A stretch of DNA of 64,000 nucleotides from Hydrogenophaga sp. (GCF_018780385.1 NZ_JADMJO010000025.1:9994-73993); one strand, 5' to 3'; positions 18,862 to 30,226 are shown, numbered from the stretch's first letter. Notes: generated from the sequence alone by a model not told the origin. Numbers and translations: made by a program.

Positions 18862-20253
18862 ATGCGTGAACCTCTCGAGACAGATTACCTCGTGGTCGGC
18901 ACCGGAGCGGCCGGCATGGCGTTCACCGATGCCCTGCTCAGCCAGTCTGATGCGACCGTCACCCTGGTGGACCGGCGCCACGCGCCGGGTGGACACTGGA
19001 TCGACGCCTATCCTTTCGTGCGCCTGCACCAGCCGTCCGCCTTCTACGGTGTGTCGTCTGTGCCCCTGGGGCGCGATGCGGTGGGCCAGTCCGGCATCAA
19101 TGCCGGGTTCCACGAGATGGCGAGTGCGGACGAACTGCGCGCCTACTACGCACATGTGATGGACCAGCACTTCCTGCCGACCGGACGGGTGCGCCACTTC
19201 CCCTGCAGCGATCACTCCATCGGCCCCGACGGCCAACACGTCATTACCTCGCGCCTCACCGGTGCGGTTCAAGAGGTGCGTGTGCGGCGCAAGCCGGTCG
19301 ACACCGGCTATCTCGAAGGACGCATACCCGCCACCAGCCCGCCGCCCTTTGAAGTGGCCGAGGGCGTGCGCTGCGTGCCTGCGGGCGACATTGCTCGTTT
19401 GACCGAGTGGCCCGAGCGATACGTGGTCATCGGGACTGGCAAGACTGCGTTGGACACCTGCATCTGGCTTTTGTCGCATGGCGTCTCGGCAAGCGCCATC
19501 CAGTGGGTCAGGCCGCGCGAAGCCTGGTGGCTGAACCGGCGCTTCTACCAGCCGGGGGAAGGTCTGCCAGACTTCTTTGCGGGGGTCGGCTTGCAGCTCA
19601 AGGCCATGGCGCAGGGCACTTCTGTGGATGACGTATTCGCACGGCTAGAGGCCGAAGGCCTCTTCCTGCGGGTGGACACCGGGGTGGTACCCACCATGAG
19701 CCGCGGGGCCATGATCAGCGAAGCCGAGTTGGCCCTTTTGCGCCAGATCGAAGACGTGGTGCGACTGGGGCATGTGCGCCGCATCGAGCGTGACCGCATC
19801 GTGTTTGACGGTGGCTCGGTGCCCACCGGGCCCGAGACGCTGCATGTGCACTGCGCTGCCGTCGGCCTGGCGCGTCCGGCGCTGCGGCCAGTCTTCGAAC
19901 CCGATCGGGTAACCCTCCAGCCCCTGTTCTGGGGCTTTGCCTGCTACCCGGCCGCCCTGCTGGGCGTGATCGAAGCCACCATCGCCGACACCGCCGAGAA
20001 GAACCGCGTGTGCCCGCCGATCCGGTACTGGGACGAGCCGCGCGACTACCTGTCGACCTACCTCGCGCGAATGGCGCACGACCGCGCGTGCGCGTCTCAC
20101 CCTGCCGTGGTTGCCTGGACAAAGAGCAGTCGGCTCAACCCCATGTCGGGTCTGGGGGCGCACCGAGACCACCCACTGGTGGCACAGACTTCGGCCGACC
20201 TCAAACAATACGGAGCTGTCGCGGCAGAAAATCTGGTCAAGCTGCTGCAATGA
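18862..20253 (+). CDS. FAD/NAD(P)-dependent oxidoreductase
   Basis: VVGTGAAG and VIGTGKTA dinucleotide motifs, GGHW; RBS aggag. Confidence 0.8.
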   Translation: MREPLETDYLVVGTGAAGMAFTDALLSQSDATVTLVDRRHAPGGHWIDAYPFVRLHQPSAFYGVSSVPLGRDAVGQSGINAGFHEMASADELRAYYAHVMDQHFLPTGRVRHFPCSDHSIGPDGQHVITSRLTGAVQEVRVRRKPVDTGYLEGRIPATSPPPFEVAEGVRCVPAGDIARLTEWPERYVVIGTGKTALDTCIWLLSHGVSASAIQWVRPREAWWLNRRFYQPGEGLPDFFAGVGLQLKAMAQGTSVDDVFARLEAEGLFLRVDTGVVPTMSRGAMISEAELALLRQIEDVVRLGHVRRIERDRIVFDGGSVPTGPETLHVHCAAVGLARPALRPVFEPDRVTLQPLFWGFACYPAALLGVIEATIADTAEKNRVCPPIRYWDEPRDYLSTYLARMAHDRACASHPAVVAWTKSSRLNPMSGLGAHRDHPLVAQTSADLKQYGAVAAENLVKLLQ

Positions 20254-20414
20254 CGCTGTCTTATCGCCGCCGTCAATCTGCCGACGTTCGACCTCGCTCG
20301 CTGACAGCTGGGATCAGATTTACCTCGGACATTCGTCGCAGAGGCGCCAAGTCGTCAGGACGTTGCCTTTTGATCATTGAGGCGAGCAGCACTTGCAACG
20401 ACTGACTACTGTGG

Positions 20415-20527
20415 TTAGCCCAAGCCGCTGCGGCGGCACATGGGGTTGTACCAGCCTTTAATCCAGGTGATGACAGTCATGTGGGCCTTGGACTCGAAGC
20501 TGTTGCGCTCGATGAGTTTGGCCCTGC
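20415..20527 (-). mobile_element. IS3-family transposase C-terminal remnant
   Basis: TWIKGWYNPMCRRSGLG matches the IS3 OrfB tail (WIEGWYN..RRHS.LG). Confidence 0.55.
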
Positions 20528-20731
20528 GTATTTCGGGCTTCTTGGACACCAAGTTCGACACCGTTGACATAGAGTTCGGCACCTCAGTCAACGAACTTGA
20601 CCGGCCACCCTGTAGAGAACTCCACGAGCCCAACGATTGCTTGAAGAGGCTGGCGATACATAGACTGCCGGCGATCCCGTCTTGATGGGTAGCTGACCCC
20701 CAGCTCCAAGGCTAAACTTCGCCAATCGGCC
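20528..20731. repeat. ~200-bp segment, diverged inverted copy of 31467-31669
   Basis: 41/42 identity over 20528-20569 and strong similarity across the rest, aligned by eye. Confidence 0.75.
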
Positions 20732-21131
20732 ATAACAAGCCCTTGAGTGTGGAAGTGCTGGCCATCCTGTGGTCGCTCAAAGGTGAAGTCATTCGCGTTT
20801 GAACTTAGACCTGTTCGGGTACCCTACCGAAGCCACTACGTGGTCATTGGCCGTTTCCCGGACAGGTGAGTTCTGGTTAGTATTACTCACAGGCACCCTG
20901 AAGGCGAGCAGGAACGCGGGTGGTGTCCATCCGCCGGCTGTCGTGACGTGCCGGTTTTGAATGTTCAGCTGTCAGTCGAGCTGCGTCTTGCTCTAGGACC
21001 GGTGCTCGCTCTCGCAACCGAGTAACGCCTCCACAATGTATGCCCGAGACCAGTCTTACTCAGACATACACGTGGTGAATGAGCTTGTATTGCGACACGC
21101 GTCGGGCGCTAGATCTACAGCTCCACCGCTA

Positions 21132-22028
21132 CTACACCAAATCTTGTTGCAGAAATCCGATCAAGCTGCGGTTGCGCGCCACGCGCAAGCGTTCAGGTGT
21201 GGTCACTGCGGTGATCTCGGTGCCGAAGCGAGTGCGGGGTGTCCACTGCCGCAGCACTGGCAGCAGCCGCTCGGCGTCCAGTTCACTCTGACAAAGGTAG
21301 GTGGGCAAGAGTGCAATGCCAAGGCCAGCCATAGCGGCTTCGGCCACCGCCTCAGGGTTGTCCACGTGGTAGCGACTGGGCACCTTGATTCTCTGAACCC
21401 GCCGGCCCTGGGTCAAGGTCCACGCCTCATCCAGCGCGTCCCGCCAATAGGCTAAGCAGGCATGGTCAGTCAATGCTGCTGGACTCTTGGGATGACCATG
21501 GGTGCGTAGGTAGTCGGGAGCAGCCACCATCACCCAGTGCACCTGTGCCACCGGGGTGCACACCAGCTCTGGCGCGGGTGCGGTGGATGACCAGCGCAGC
21601 GCAATGTCGAAGCGCTCGAAGGCGATGTCGGTGATGCGGTCAGCCAGATGCAGGTCGATCTCGATTTCAGGATGCTGCTTCAGAAACACGGGCACCTGTT
21701 GGGCCAGCACACGCTGGCCCCAGGACACGGGTGCCGTCACGCGGATTCGCCCACTGAGCGCCGAACGCAGCGCACGCACCTCCTCTTCACCATCGCCCAG
21801 TGCATCGAGCGCGCGGCGCGCGTGCACAGCGTAGATCTCGCCTGCCGGTGTAAGCACCACACGTCGGGTGCTGCGCGCAAACAGCGTGGCGCCAACCGAG
21901 TCCTCGAGCTGTGCCACGCGTTTGCTCACTACGCTTTTGCCGACCCCCAGTGCCTGCGCAGTAGTACTCACGCTGAGAGAGTCGGCCACACCCAGGAAGG
22001 TGGTGAGCATTTCGCGCGATATCGGCAT
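21132..22028 (-). CDS. LysR-family transcriptional regulator
   Basis: N-terminal HTH ...VSKRVAQLEDSVGATLFARSTRRVVLTPAG; divergent from GST. Confidence 0.9.
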   Translation of the reverse strand: MPISREMLTTFLGVADSLSVSTTAQALGVGKSVVSKRVAQLEDSVGATLFARSTRRVVLTPAGEIYAVHARRALDALGDGEEEVRALRSALSGRIRVTAPVSWGQRVLAQQVPVFLKQHPEIEIDLHLADRITDIAFERFDIALRWSSTAPAPELVCTPVAQVHWVMVAAPDYLRTHGHPKSPAALTDHACLAYWRDALDEAWTLTQGRRVQRIKVPSRYHVDNPEAVAEAAMAGLGIALLPTYLCQSELDAERLLPVLRQWTPRTRFGTEITAVTTPERLRVARNRSLIGFLQQDLV

Positions 22029-22149
22029 TGTTTCCAATCGGGACACAAAACGTTCGCATTCGAACATGCGCGTGTTTCGGTGTCCATCCCTAGAATTTAT
22101 TACAGGTGGCGTCAGACCACTGCCCCAACCACCGCTGGAGACAAACCCC

Positions 22150-22806
22150 ATGAAAATTTATGCTGATCCGATCACCATCAACTGCCGCAAGGTGCTCGCG
22201 GGTCTCGACCTGATGCAGGCGCCCTACGAACTATCCCACGTGGACTATTTCAAGGGCGAGCAAAAGGGCGACGCTTACCTCGCCATCAACCCCAATGCAT
22301 CCATTCCCGCCATGGTCGACGGTGATCTGGTGCTGTGGGAGTCCAACGCCATACTGCAGTACGCCGCCGACAAGACCGGCAGCGAGACGGTCTACCCACG
22401 AGATGCGGCGCAGCGCGCCGACCTCAATCGCTGGCTCTTCTGGGAATCGGCCAGCTGGTTTCCAGCCTGCTACACCTACTTGGTAGAGAACTGTGTCAAG
22501 CCCTTGCTGGGGGGCGCGCCCGATGACAACGTGCTGCAAGCCAACGAAGTGCAGTTCCACAAACTCGCTGGCATCCTGGACACACGGCTGCAGGGCCGTG
22601 ACTGGGTAATGGGTTCGCGCGCGACCATCGTCGACATCGCGCTGGCCGCGCCCATGCACCTGCACGGCTGGCAAAAGTTGCCACTGAACGAGCACCCCAA
22701 CGTGCGGCGCTGGCTGATGCACAACGTGGAGTCCCTGCCGAGTTGGGACAAGACCTGGGTGGGCGAGGGCTTCACCTTGGAACGCACTTTGAAAAAGGCC
22801 GCCTGA
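22150..22806 (+). CDS. glutathione S-transferase family protein
   Basis: YLAINPNASIPAMVDGDLVLWESNAILQY; ATIVDI. Confidence 0.9.
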   Translation: MKIYADPITINCRKVLAGLDLMQAPYELSHVDYFKGEQKGDAYLAINPNASIPAMVDGDLVLWESNAILQYAADKTGSETVYPRDAAQRADLNRWLFWESASWFPACYTYLVENCVKPLLGGAPDDNVLQANEVQFHKLAGILDTRLQGRDWVMGSRATIVDIALAAPMHLHGWQKLPLNEHPNVRRWLMHNVESLPSWDKTWVGEGFTLERTLKKAA

Positions 22807-23630
22807 TGCTGATGTCTGCCAGGCGCTCGGTGCGCGCGACCTTGAACTACACGGTAGACAACGGTCGCCCGCCCGACTACTACTTCTACGAACCCGATCC
22901 GGGGACCGAACTCAACCCACCGGGAACGGATGCACGGGAGGTGGAGATTCACGATGCTTGGTCCGAGGTTGGACAACTCAGCGCTGACCGCGAGGGTTTC
23001 GAGCTGCACGATTTTGGAGCCGCCTTCAATGCCTTCGATGACGACGCTGCTGTAAAGCGCGACTTCTATCCCCAGGTGGTCGAACACGTGAAGCGAAATA
23101 CCGGTGCGAAGCGCGTCGTGGTGTTCGACCACACGGTGCGCAAACGTCTGCCGGCTGACCTAAAGGTGCAGACCACCGTTCAGCGTCCGGCGGTTCTATT
23201 GGTGCATAGCGACTACACCGTGGCCAGTGGGCCGCAGCGGGTGCGAGATATTCTGCCCAACGAAGCTGACGCGTTGCTCAAGCGCCGCGTAGCCTTCTAC
23301 AACGTGTGGAAACCGTTGCGCGAGCGAGTGCACGAACTGCCTCTGGCAATGTGTGACGCGCGTACACATTCTGAGGGCGACATGCTGCGCATGGATCTGA
23401 AGTACCGCGAACGCACCGGTGAGATCTACGTCATGCGTCACGCATCCACGCACCGCTGGATGTACTTTCCGCAGATGGAAGCGCACCAAGCGCTGCTATT
23501 GAAAACCTACGACAGTGAGACTGATGGGCGCGCACGTTTCATGGGACACACCGCGTTTGAAGACCCAACCACGCCCGCCGATGCGCCCAAGCGCGAGAGC
23601 ATCGAAGTACGGACGATGGCATTCTTTTGA
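22806..23630 (+). CDS. CmcJ/NvfI-like oxidoreductase
   Basis: DREGFEL, VVVFDHTVR, VHSDYT, NVWKPL, PLAMCDA, GHTAF, RESIEVR. Confidence 0.75.
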   Translation: MLMSARRSVRATLNYTVDNGRPPDYYFYEPDPGTELNPPGTDAREVEIHDAWSEVGQLSADREGFELHDFGAAFNAFDDDAAVKRDFYPQVVEHVKRNTGAKRVVVFDHTVRKRLPADLKVQTTVQRPAVLLVHSDYTVASGPQRVRDILPNEADALLKRRVAFYNVWKPLRERVHELPLAMCDARTHSEGDMLRMDLKYRERTGEIYVMRHASTHRWMYFPQMEAHQALLLKTYDSETDGRARFMGHTAFEDPTTPADAPKRESIEVRTMAFF

Positions 23631-24029
23631 ACGGTGCGGCCCTAACGTCTCAGAAGTTCCGCAGCGTGGCGGATGTCGAAGACCTTGTCCCTTTGCATCA
23701 CCCCTGTGGCAAGAGAGACATCTTGGCTTGAATCTGATCTCTTTGCAGCTTCAGCAGCTGGCAATGCAAGTGCGGCCGGACTCATGAATGGAGCTCAGAG
23801 CATCGTCACGACCTCCTGTCTTGGCTGCGCAAAGGCCATTCGGGCAGTGGCCATTGAACGGTCGGTGATGCACGCTGCAGCCTTTCAAGGCGAATCACCC
23901 AAGCGACTCCATTCAGTTTTGAGCGGATTTCGAAAACGGGCCTTGCGCTGCAGCGATTCCCGACGATGAGGAGTAAAAACCAAGTCCACAGTCTCTGCCG
24001 CAGCGCAGTCAACGAAACCCCTTTGGCTT

Positions 24030-26420
24030 CTAAACAGCTCCATTGGGGCATGAACGGTTGCGCAGCGGCACCATCACCTCGTCGGCAAGGGATTCCAGCA
24101 ACTTCGCATCGCGCAGGCTCATGGTGCGTGGCTGGGTGTCAAGCAAGCAAAGCGTGCCCAGGATGTGGCCTTCGGAATCCCGCAGCGGCGCCCCTGCGTA
24201 AAACCGAATCCCGTTCTCGATCAACACTGGGTTGGCCGCAAACCGCGGGTCCCGCTGCACGTCGGGCACCACCAGCGCCGCGCCGTCGGCGACAACATGT
24301 CCGCACATCGACGCACCGCGCTCAGGCCCCCGCTCGGGCTCACCGATCCCGACGCGCCCGGCCTTGGCCGAGTCGCCATGCGTGTACTGCCACTGCTCGT
24401 CAATCAGCGTGACCATCGCCACGGGCACGTCGAAGATGTCGGCGGCGCGTCGTGCCGCGCTGTCGAACGTGCCGCGCAGCGAAGCGTCCAGGATGCCGCT
24501 GTCACGCAGCGCGCGCACTCGCTGTGCGTCGTCGGCGCCGTATTGCGCAGGCGACCAGCCCACCGCCCCTTCGCGTTCCAGCCGGGCGCAGACTTCGGTG
24601 ACCATGGCGTTGATGGAGCCGACGGCCGCATCCACCCCCCAATCGGCAATCGGCAGCGCCGCCAGTTCGGCGCCCTCCACATTCCACAAGGCCAAGATCA
24701 CTTTCGAGTCGGGCCAGCGCCGCTTGAGGCGGCGGGCGAAGTACTGCGCGTGCTCCTGAGGTTGTGGACTGAAGTACGACAGCACGAACACTTTCGCACC
24801 GTCAGAACCCAGCGACGCGATGAGCTCCGCCGTGACTGCGCCCGCCGCTGCTGGAGCGGCTGAAGCGGCCACGCCGTCCAGCGCAAGCGCATGGGCGGCC
24901 ATCCCTGCGCCGAGGGTGTCCACCGTCCAGCGGCTGCCGATGCACAGGGCTTCAAGGGGCGCCTGCGGCCGCTCGGCAGCGTGGTGCGCCCGCAGTTCGT
25001 CAATCACCGCCGACATGCCGCTGACGATGCGGTGTCTGTGCTCCGCCGAGGCCTCTTGCAAGCGGTGATCCACCGTTGCCATGCGCAGCACGGGAATACC
25101 GACGTCTTCGTAGAACTGGCGCGGGCTCGACCCGGCCACCGATTCCTCAGCCAGCTCGATGGCGTCGGCGCTGTTGCCGGCCAACAGCCTCTGGTACATC
25201 CGGCTGGGGAGTTCCAGCGCGGGCCGGCTGCCCAGCATCACGTCCAGAAAAGCCAGTTGCGGCAGGTGCCGTCCAATGACGAGCATGCAAACCGTCAGAG
25301 GCGTCGACAGCACCAGCCCGATCGGGCCCCACAGCGCCGTCCAGAAAGTCGCTGCAACGATCAACGACATGGCCGACAGACCCGTGCTCGCCCCATAGAG
25401 CCAAGGCTCCACAATGTTGTTGCTGATCAGCTCCAGCACCACGATCAGGGCCAAGGCCCATGCCACCATCGACCAGCCAGGATCCACCGCAAAGGCCAGC
25501 AACAGCGGAAACACCGCCCCTACGAGCGAGCCGACGTAGGGTATGAAGCGCAGCACTGCAGACAGCAACCCCCACAGCAGGGCTCCCGGTATGCCGATCA
25601 ACCACAGCCCGGCGGCCATGGGAACGGCGTAACAAAGATTGACCACCAACTGCATCGTCAGGTAGCGGCTGACGCGCTGGCCAGCGTCGTTGAGGGCGTC
25701 GGTGGTGCGATGAACGCTGCCGCCCAACAGGCTGACCAGCCGATCGCGCATGTCTCCGGGATTCAGCAGCACTAAAAACAGATAGATGAGCGTGGTGCCG
25801 AAGAGCGCGGCAGGCGGACCGATGCGTTCGAGCCAGCGGCCCACCGATTCGTAGGCTCCGGGTGCGGTCGGAACCAGCTCGACCCGGGCGGGGCGCCGAG
25901 CGGCTGTGGCGGGCTTTTGCTCCAGCTCTCCCTGCGTCTGCTCGATCTCGGATTCGACCGCGTCGATCACCCGGCTGGCTTCTCTGAAGAGACCCGGCGT
26001 GCGCAACTGCGCGCGAAACCGGTCGAACTTCGCGGCGATGTTGCTTTGGTAGGTGGGCAGTTCCTTGCCCAGCCCGCGGACCTGTCCGGCCATGAACAGG
26101 CTGAGTCCGATCAAGGCCCCCAGCGTGATTGCGACCACCACCGTCACAGCCACTCCACGTGGAATGCCCAGACGCCGTATGCGGACCGTCAAGGGCGCCA
26201 GCACGAACGCCAGCAAGGTCGCCAATGCCAACGGAATCAGCAAATCGCGTCCGAAGTACAGCGCCGTCACGACAACAGCCACTGCCAGCAAACGCTGAGG
26301 AAGCGGCAACGATGTTTCTGGCTCTTGCAAGCTGCACCTCCAAACAGGGAGACAAACAGTACCAAGTCCCTTGCTGGCGCCTCTGTGAAAAGGTGCCGAG
26401 GGTTCAGCCGGTGCCGGCAT
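24030..26420 (-). CDS. AI-2E family transporter fused to a C-terminal GAF domain (start uncertain)
   Basis: FIPYVG, NIVEPWLYG, GPIGLVLSTP; GAF DPRFAANP...IRFYAGAPL...GTLCLLD. Confidence 0.85.
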   Translation of the reverse strand: MPAPAEPSAPFHRGASKGLGTVCLPVWRCSLQEPETSLPLPQRLLAVAVVVTALYFGRDLLIPLALATLLAFVLAPLTVRIRRLGIPRGVAVTVVVAITLGALIGLSLFMAGQVRGLGKELPTYQSNIAAKFDRFRAQLRTPGLFREASRVIDAVESEIEQTQGELEQKPATAARRPARVELVPTAPGAYESVGRWLERIGPPAALFGTTLIYLFLVLLNPGDMRDRLVSLLGGSVHRTTDALNDAGQRVSRYLTMQLVVNLCYAVPMAAGLWLIGIPGALLWGLLSAVLRFIPYVGSLVGAVFPLLLAFAVDPGWSMVAWALALIVVLELISNNIVEPWLYGASTGLSAMSLIVAATFWTALWGPIGLVLSTPLTVCMLVIGRHLPQLAFLDVMLGSRPALELPSRMYQRLLAGNSADAIELAEESVAGSSPRQFYEDVGIPVLRMATVDHRLQEASAEHRHRIVSGMSAVIDELRAHHAAERPQAPLEALCIGSRWTVDTLGAGMAAHALALDGVAASAAPAAAGAVTAELIASLGSDGAKVFVLSYFSPQPQEHAQYFARRLKRRWPDSKVILALWNVEGAELAALPIADWGVDAAVGSINAMVTEVCARLEREGAVGWSPAQYGADDAQRVRALRDSGILDASLRGTFDSAARRAADIFDVPVAMVTLIDEQWQYTHGDSAKAGRVGIGEPERGPERGASMCGHVVADGAALVVPDVQRDPRFAANPVLIENGIRFYAGAPLRDSEGHILGTLCLLDTQPRTMSLRDAKLLESLADEVMVPLRNRSCPNGAV

Positions 26421-26761
26421 AGCCTTCAGAACGGACCACCGCCAGTCACACAAGGTTGTTCAAGACAGGAGCCAACGCGCAGGAGCCTCTCACTGAACTC
26501 TCGCCTCCAGATTCTCAAACAATAACTGGTGCGCGGTTGGTTGCTCAACGCACAGTTTCAACCCACGTTCAGGAAATGCGTAACCTTTGAGACGGACACG
26601 ATGCTTGCCCGATTGGTCCAGTGTCTGCAAGCAGACTGAGATCTAAAAACAGATCCGCTCTCTCTTTACTGACGTGAAACCTGGGTCCCCCGCCGCAGGA
26701 AGCCCAACAACAGTGAGGTACCGTTGTTGGGCCGAGGATCACCGGATACTGTTGATTCAGC

Positions 26762-27580
26762 TCACTCCACTTTTGCTGTCGTTCGAGCGGACTCAGCCAT
26801 CAGCTTGCCTGGGGTCACGTTGTCGATCAAGTCAAGCTGGAGTTTGTAGCTGCCTGGGGGTGGCGCCAACCAAACCTCGGTCTGGCCTTCGGAGAACTCC
26901 ATCACCGCAGGCGAGCCACGCCCACCTTCAGGTGTTACGGTCAAGCGAAAGTGACCCGTGTTGGCGATTCCTTGAGCACGGTGAGCCACATCCAATGCCG
27001 ATGCATGAAACTGCACACGAAATGGATTCTTTTGGGTGATGCCTTCCAGACCAATAGACAGGCCCTTGACTGAAAGGGCCTTGGGATCGCTGCTGCTCTT
27101 TCGCGTGACTGTGATGCGTGTCGGCTTGCTGAACACGAAGTGAGGCAGGTGCTGCTGGTCTGCAAGGAGCATGCGCAAGGTGTAGGTGCCTGGCTCAAGT
27201 GTGAGCACCGTTTCCATTTGACCTTTGCCGAAGTGGATGTACTGGTCGTTGAAGGGCAGTGCCTGTTTGAAGTTCAATGGCAGATCCCGGTTGACCAAGA
27301 GATGATGGTGACCGCTGCGCTCGCGGCCAGGCTGAGCAATCGGTGCCAGCCCCCAACCTCCTGAAAGTCCGAACTTGAGCAAGTAAGGCGTCTCGATCTG
27401 GTCCCCATCCTTGAGGTTGGTGAAGTAAGCCTCAGCGGTGAGCCGCGGGGCGGCAGCTTGCCAGGGGTGCAGCCGCGCGGAGGACGCGTCGCCTTGCGCG
27501 CAGGCGCTGATGGCGAAAGACGTCAAGGTGAGCGCTGCCATCGATTTTGCGAGAAACGCAAAAGTGTTCTGAAGTTTCAT
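26762..27580 (-). CDS. exported DUF4399-domain protein
   Basis: signal peptide/lipobox-like ISAC; GHHHLLVN, IHFGKGQMET, LEPGTYTL. Confidence 0.7.
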   Translation of the reverse strand: MKLQNTFAFLAKSMAALTLTSFAISACAQGDASSARLHPWQAAAPRLTAEAYFTNLKDGDQIETPYLLKFGLSGGWGLAPIAQPGRERSGHHHLLVNRDLPLNFKQALPFNDQYIHFGKGQMETVLTLEPGTYTLRMLLADQQHLPHFVFSKPTRITVTRKSSSDPKALSVKGLSIGLEGITQKNPFRVQFHASALDVAHRAQGIANTGHFRLTVTPEGGRGSPAVMEFSEGQTEVWLAPPPGSYKLQLDLIDNVTPGKLMAESARTTAKVE

Positions 27581-27712
27581 TGTTCTGTTGATGAATCGAA
27601 TGTTGGACTTTGATGCGCGCAGGCGTGTGCAGGCCATATCGGAGGGCTGCGCATTCTCGCTCAGCGCCAGAGACAACTCACCTCACGCATCACACCAGGA
27701 TGTGGAGCTGCC

Positions 27713-28009
27713 TCAACTGAGCCAACGAGCGTTGCCCACCAGTTCAGAGAAAAACGCGCGCAGCGTGTTCGGTCGCATCTCGTAAGGGTCGAACTGAGGG
27801 CCCGCTGCATATTTAAGAAAGAGGGCTTGGTTGTCCGGGGCCGAGTGGATGAGGCCCATCGACCACGATCCAAATTGGCGACACACGATTTCCTCAAAGT
27901 CCAGAATGGCGGGGTCGTGATGTCTCTGGTCCAGCAAGATGCGGTGGTACAGCGAGTTCACCACCAATCGTTCGCCTTCCAGGCACTGCAAGAAAATTGC
28001 ATTGGACAC
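27713..28009 (-). pseudogene. BLUF-domain protein lacking its N-terminus
   Basis: FLQCLEG...VNSLYHRILLDQRH...RQFGSWSMG; conserved N-terminal YxS segment not found in frame. Confidence 0.6.
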
Positions 28010-28503
28010 CCTCGGCCCAACGCACGCAAATATCGCTTCTCGTCAGGTTCCCTGCGCGGTCCGTGACGAACTCGAGCCCGCTCGCCCGCAAGTGGCAGCT
28101 TCGGCGTGCACTGCAGCCATTCATTGGTTTGCATACAGAACGGAGGGTATCAGAACGAATACCCGTTTTTACCGCAGCTATGAAGGTACGCACTCATTCG
28201 AGGCTGAGTGAAAACTCATCGCGGTCGACGCCAGCCCGAAAGGCGACCTCTCAGATTGACCCAGGTTGCGTTTTTGTCAGTGGGCTAAGGGGTGAAGGAC
28301 CCCTGAAAACGTCGCTAAACGGAGTTTTCACACAGCCTCTGTCTACAGCTGCCTTGGAGGACTGCGTGTGCAGGACTTGATCTTGAACGACAGGGAGCAT
28401 GACACGTCCCGTCTGCCAGACCTATCGAAAGAAAAATGCTCGGGGTTAGACGTCGCCCGCATAAGGCTTGACGCAAAAACTAAAATTTGCTTCGCGGAAT
28501 CCT

Positions 28504-29763
28504 ATGGACAGTCGTTCGAGCCAACGATCGCCATTCGCTAAACTTCAACGACTCGATCCATTGACCCTTGCTGTGCGCCCTCCCACGACTCGCCGCAACC
28601 GTTGGCCCATACCTCTTGTTGCCGTGAGTTCATGGTTGCGAGCGCTACTGCCTGCCTCTGTTGGGGCCGACTGGCGCGAGCGTTTGCGGGTTGTTCTTGG
28701 AGCCACAGTTGGCATCCTCGCGACCGCATTGGTCTGTCGCACACTGGCGGGTTCGCAGGCTGCATGGCCCTGGTTGATCGCACCGTTGGGCGCCAGTGCG
28801 GTGCTTGTCTTTGGCGTGCCCTCCAGCCCCTTGGCGCAGCCGTGGGCGGTGGTGGCGGGAAACGCCTTGTCGACGCTGGTCGGCATCGCCTGTGTTCGCT
28901 GGGTCGCCAGCCCGGAAATCGCGGCTGCGCTCGCTGTCGGGCTCGCTATCGCATTGATGTTCGCCCTGCGATGCCTGCATCCGCCTGGGGGTGCCTCAGC
29001 GCTGCTGGTGGTGCTCAACGGTATTCGGGACCCCTTTTTTGCATTGACACCTGTGCTTGTGAACTCGGTGCTCCTCGTGGCGGTGGGCATGCTCTTCAAC
29101 GGCGCGACCCGACGGCCCTACCCACACAGAGCGGCTGCAGTCTCCAGACAAGCCCGCGACGATGAAGCCGATGCGGTAGACGCGGACCTGAACGCGGTCC
29201 TTGCCCGCTACAACCAGGTGCTCGACATCAGCCGCGACGACCTCAAGGCCTTGTTGCAAGACACCCAACTCAGCGCTTATCAGCGAAAGCTGGCCAATCT
29301 GACATGCGGAGACATCATGTCGAAAAGGCTGATCACGGTCGGCCACCAGACGCTGCTACAGCAGGCCTGGGCTTTGTTCCAGGAGCACCGCATCAAAGCC
29401 TTGCCGGTAGTCAATGCTGCTGGTGGAATTGTGGGCATCGTCACGCCCGCTGACTTCATGCGTGCCGGCGATGGCGACCGCGGCATGAATTTCGAAACCC
29501 GGCTTCGCAAACTTCGCGGATGGACTGACGGCTCGGTATCTGCCGGGTCAGGCAGGGTCGGTGACATCATGACGCGCCAGGTGCGAGTGGCTAGCGTGAA
29601 CCGGCACCTTTCGGAGTTGATTCCGTTGTTCGGCAGCACCGGACATCACCACATACCCATCATCGATGGGGCAGATCACTTGGTGGGTATCGTGACGCAG
29701 TCCGACGTGGTTGCGGCGCTGTCGGCGCTGGGCCCGGCTTCAAGGGACCGCTTGTACGACTGA
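28504..29763 (+). CDS. HPP-family membrane protein with tandem CBS domains
   Basis: PLGASAVLVFGVPSSPLAQPW, CLHPPGGA, IMSKRLITV, LVGIVTQSD. Confidence 0.9.
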   Translation: MDSRSSQRSPFAKLQRLDPLTLAVRPPTTRRNRWPIPLVAVSSWLRALLPASVGADWRERLRVVLGATVGILATALVCRTLAGSQAAWPWLIAPLGASAVLVFGVPSSPLAQPWAVVAGNALSTLVGIACVRWVASPEIAAALAVGLAIALMFALRCLHPPGGASALLVVLNGIRDPFFALTPVLVNSVLLVAVGMLFNGATRRPYPHRAAAVSRQARDDEADAVDADLNAVLARYNQVLDISRDDLKALLQDTQLSAYQRKLANLTCGDIMSKRLITVGHQTLLQQAWALFQEHRIKALPVVNAAGGIVGIVTPADFMRAGDGDRGMNFETRLRKLRGWTDGSVSAGSGRVGDIMTRQVRVASVNRHLSELIPLFGSTGHHHIPIIDGADHLVGIVTQSDVVAALSALGPASRDRLYD

Positions 29764-29980
29764 GAATCTTTGGGGTACCGTTATTGTTTGTCGTGATTGG
29801 CCGTAGTTGGATCTCTCAGAGTTTCTAACTCATCCGTCAAAATCGAAGGCTCCCCTTGCGGCGCCATCTCGCTTACTTTCGGGGCTCATTCTTGCCCAAA
29901 ACCGCGTCTGTGAACCACCTCCACCGCAGGCAAACAGCACCCGTATAAACTGCGTGCGATCGCATCAACAAAGGCTATCT

Positions 29981-30139
29981 ATGAAAACACTGATCGTGGC
30001 GATTTTTCTTGTGTCGTCCTTAGCCGGCTGTGCCGTTTACACGCCATCCGGCTCGGTCGTCATTGACCCTGCTGGCCGGCATGACTCAGGTGGCGGGACG
30101 TTCTGCCCGCCCGGACAAGCCAAAAAGGGCAACTGCTAA
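29981..30139 (+). CDS. small lipoprotein with CPPGQAKKG motif
   Basis: lipobox LAGC; C-terminal FCPPGQAKKGNC. Confidence 0.7.
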   Translation: MKTLIVAIFLVSSLAGCAVYTPSGSVVIDPAGRHDSGGGTFCPPGQAKKGNC

Positions 30140-30226
30140 GCATTCAGTCATGTACCCTCAACTGGCGCTTAATTCAGCATGCAACTGCCCATCAGTTTGA
30201 TGCGCACGTTGCTGCCAGTTAGCTAG

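Noticed and set aside
20732-21130. Possible gene or RNA between the IS3 remnant and LysR
   Set aside because: Only short stop-interrupted frames and no convincing structure; treated as decayed DNA.
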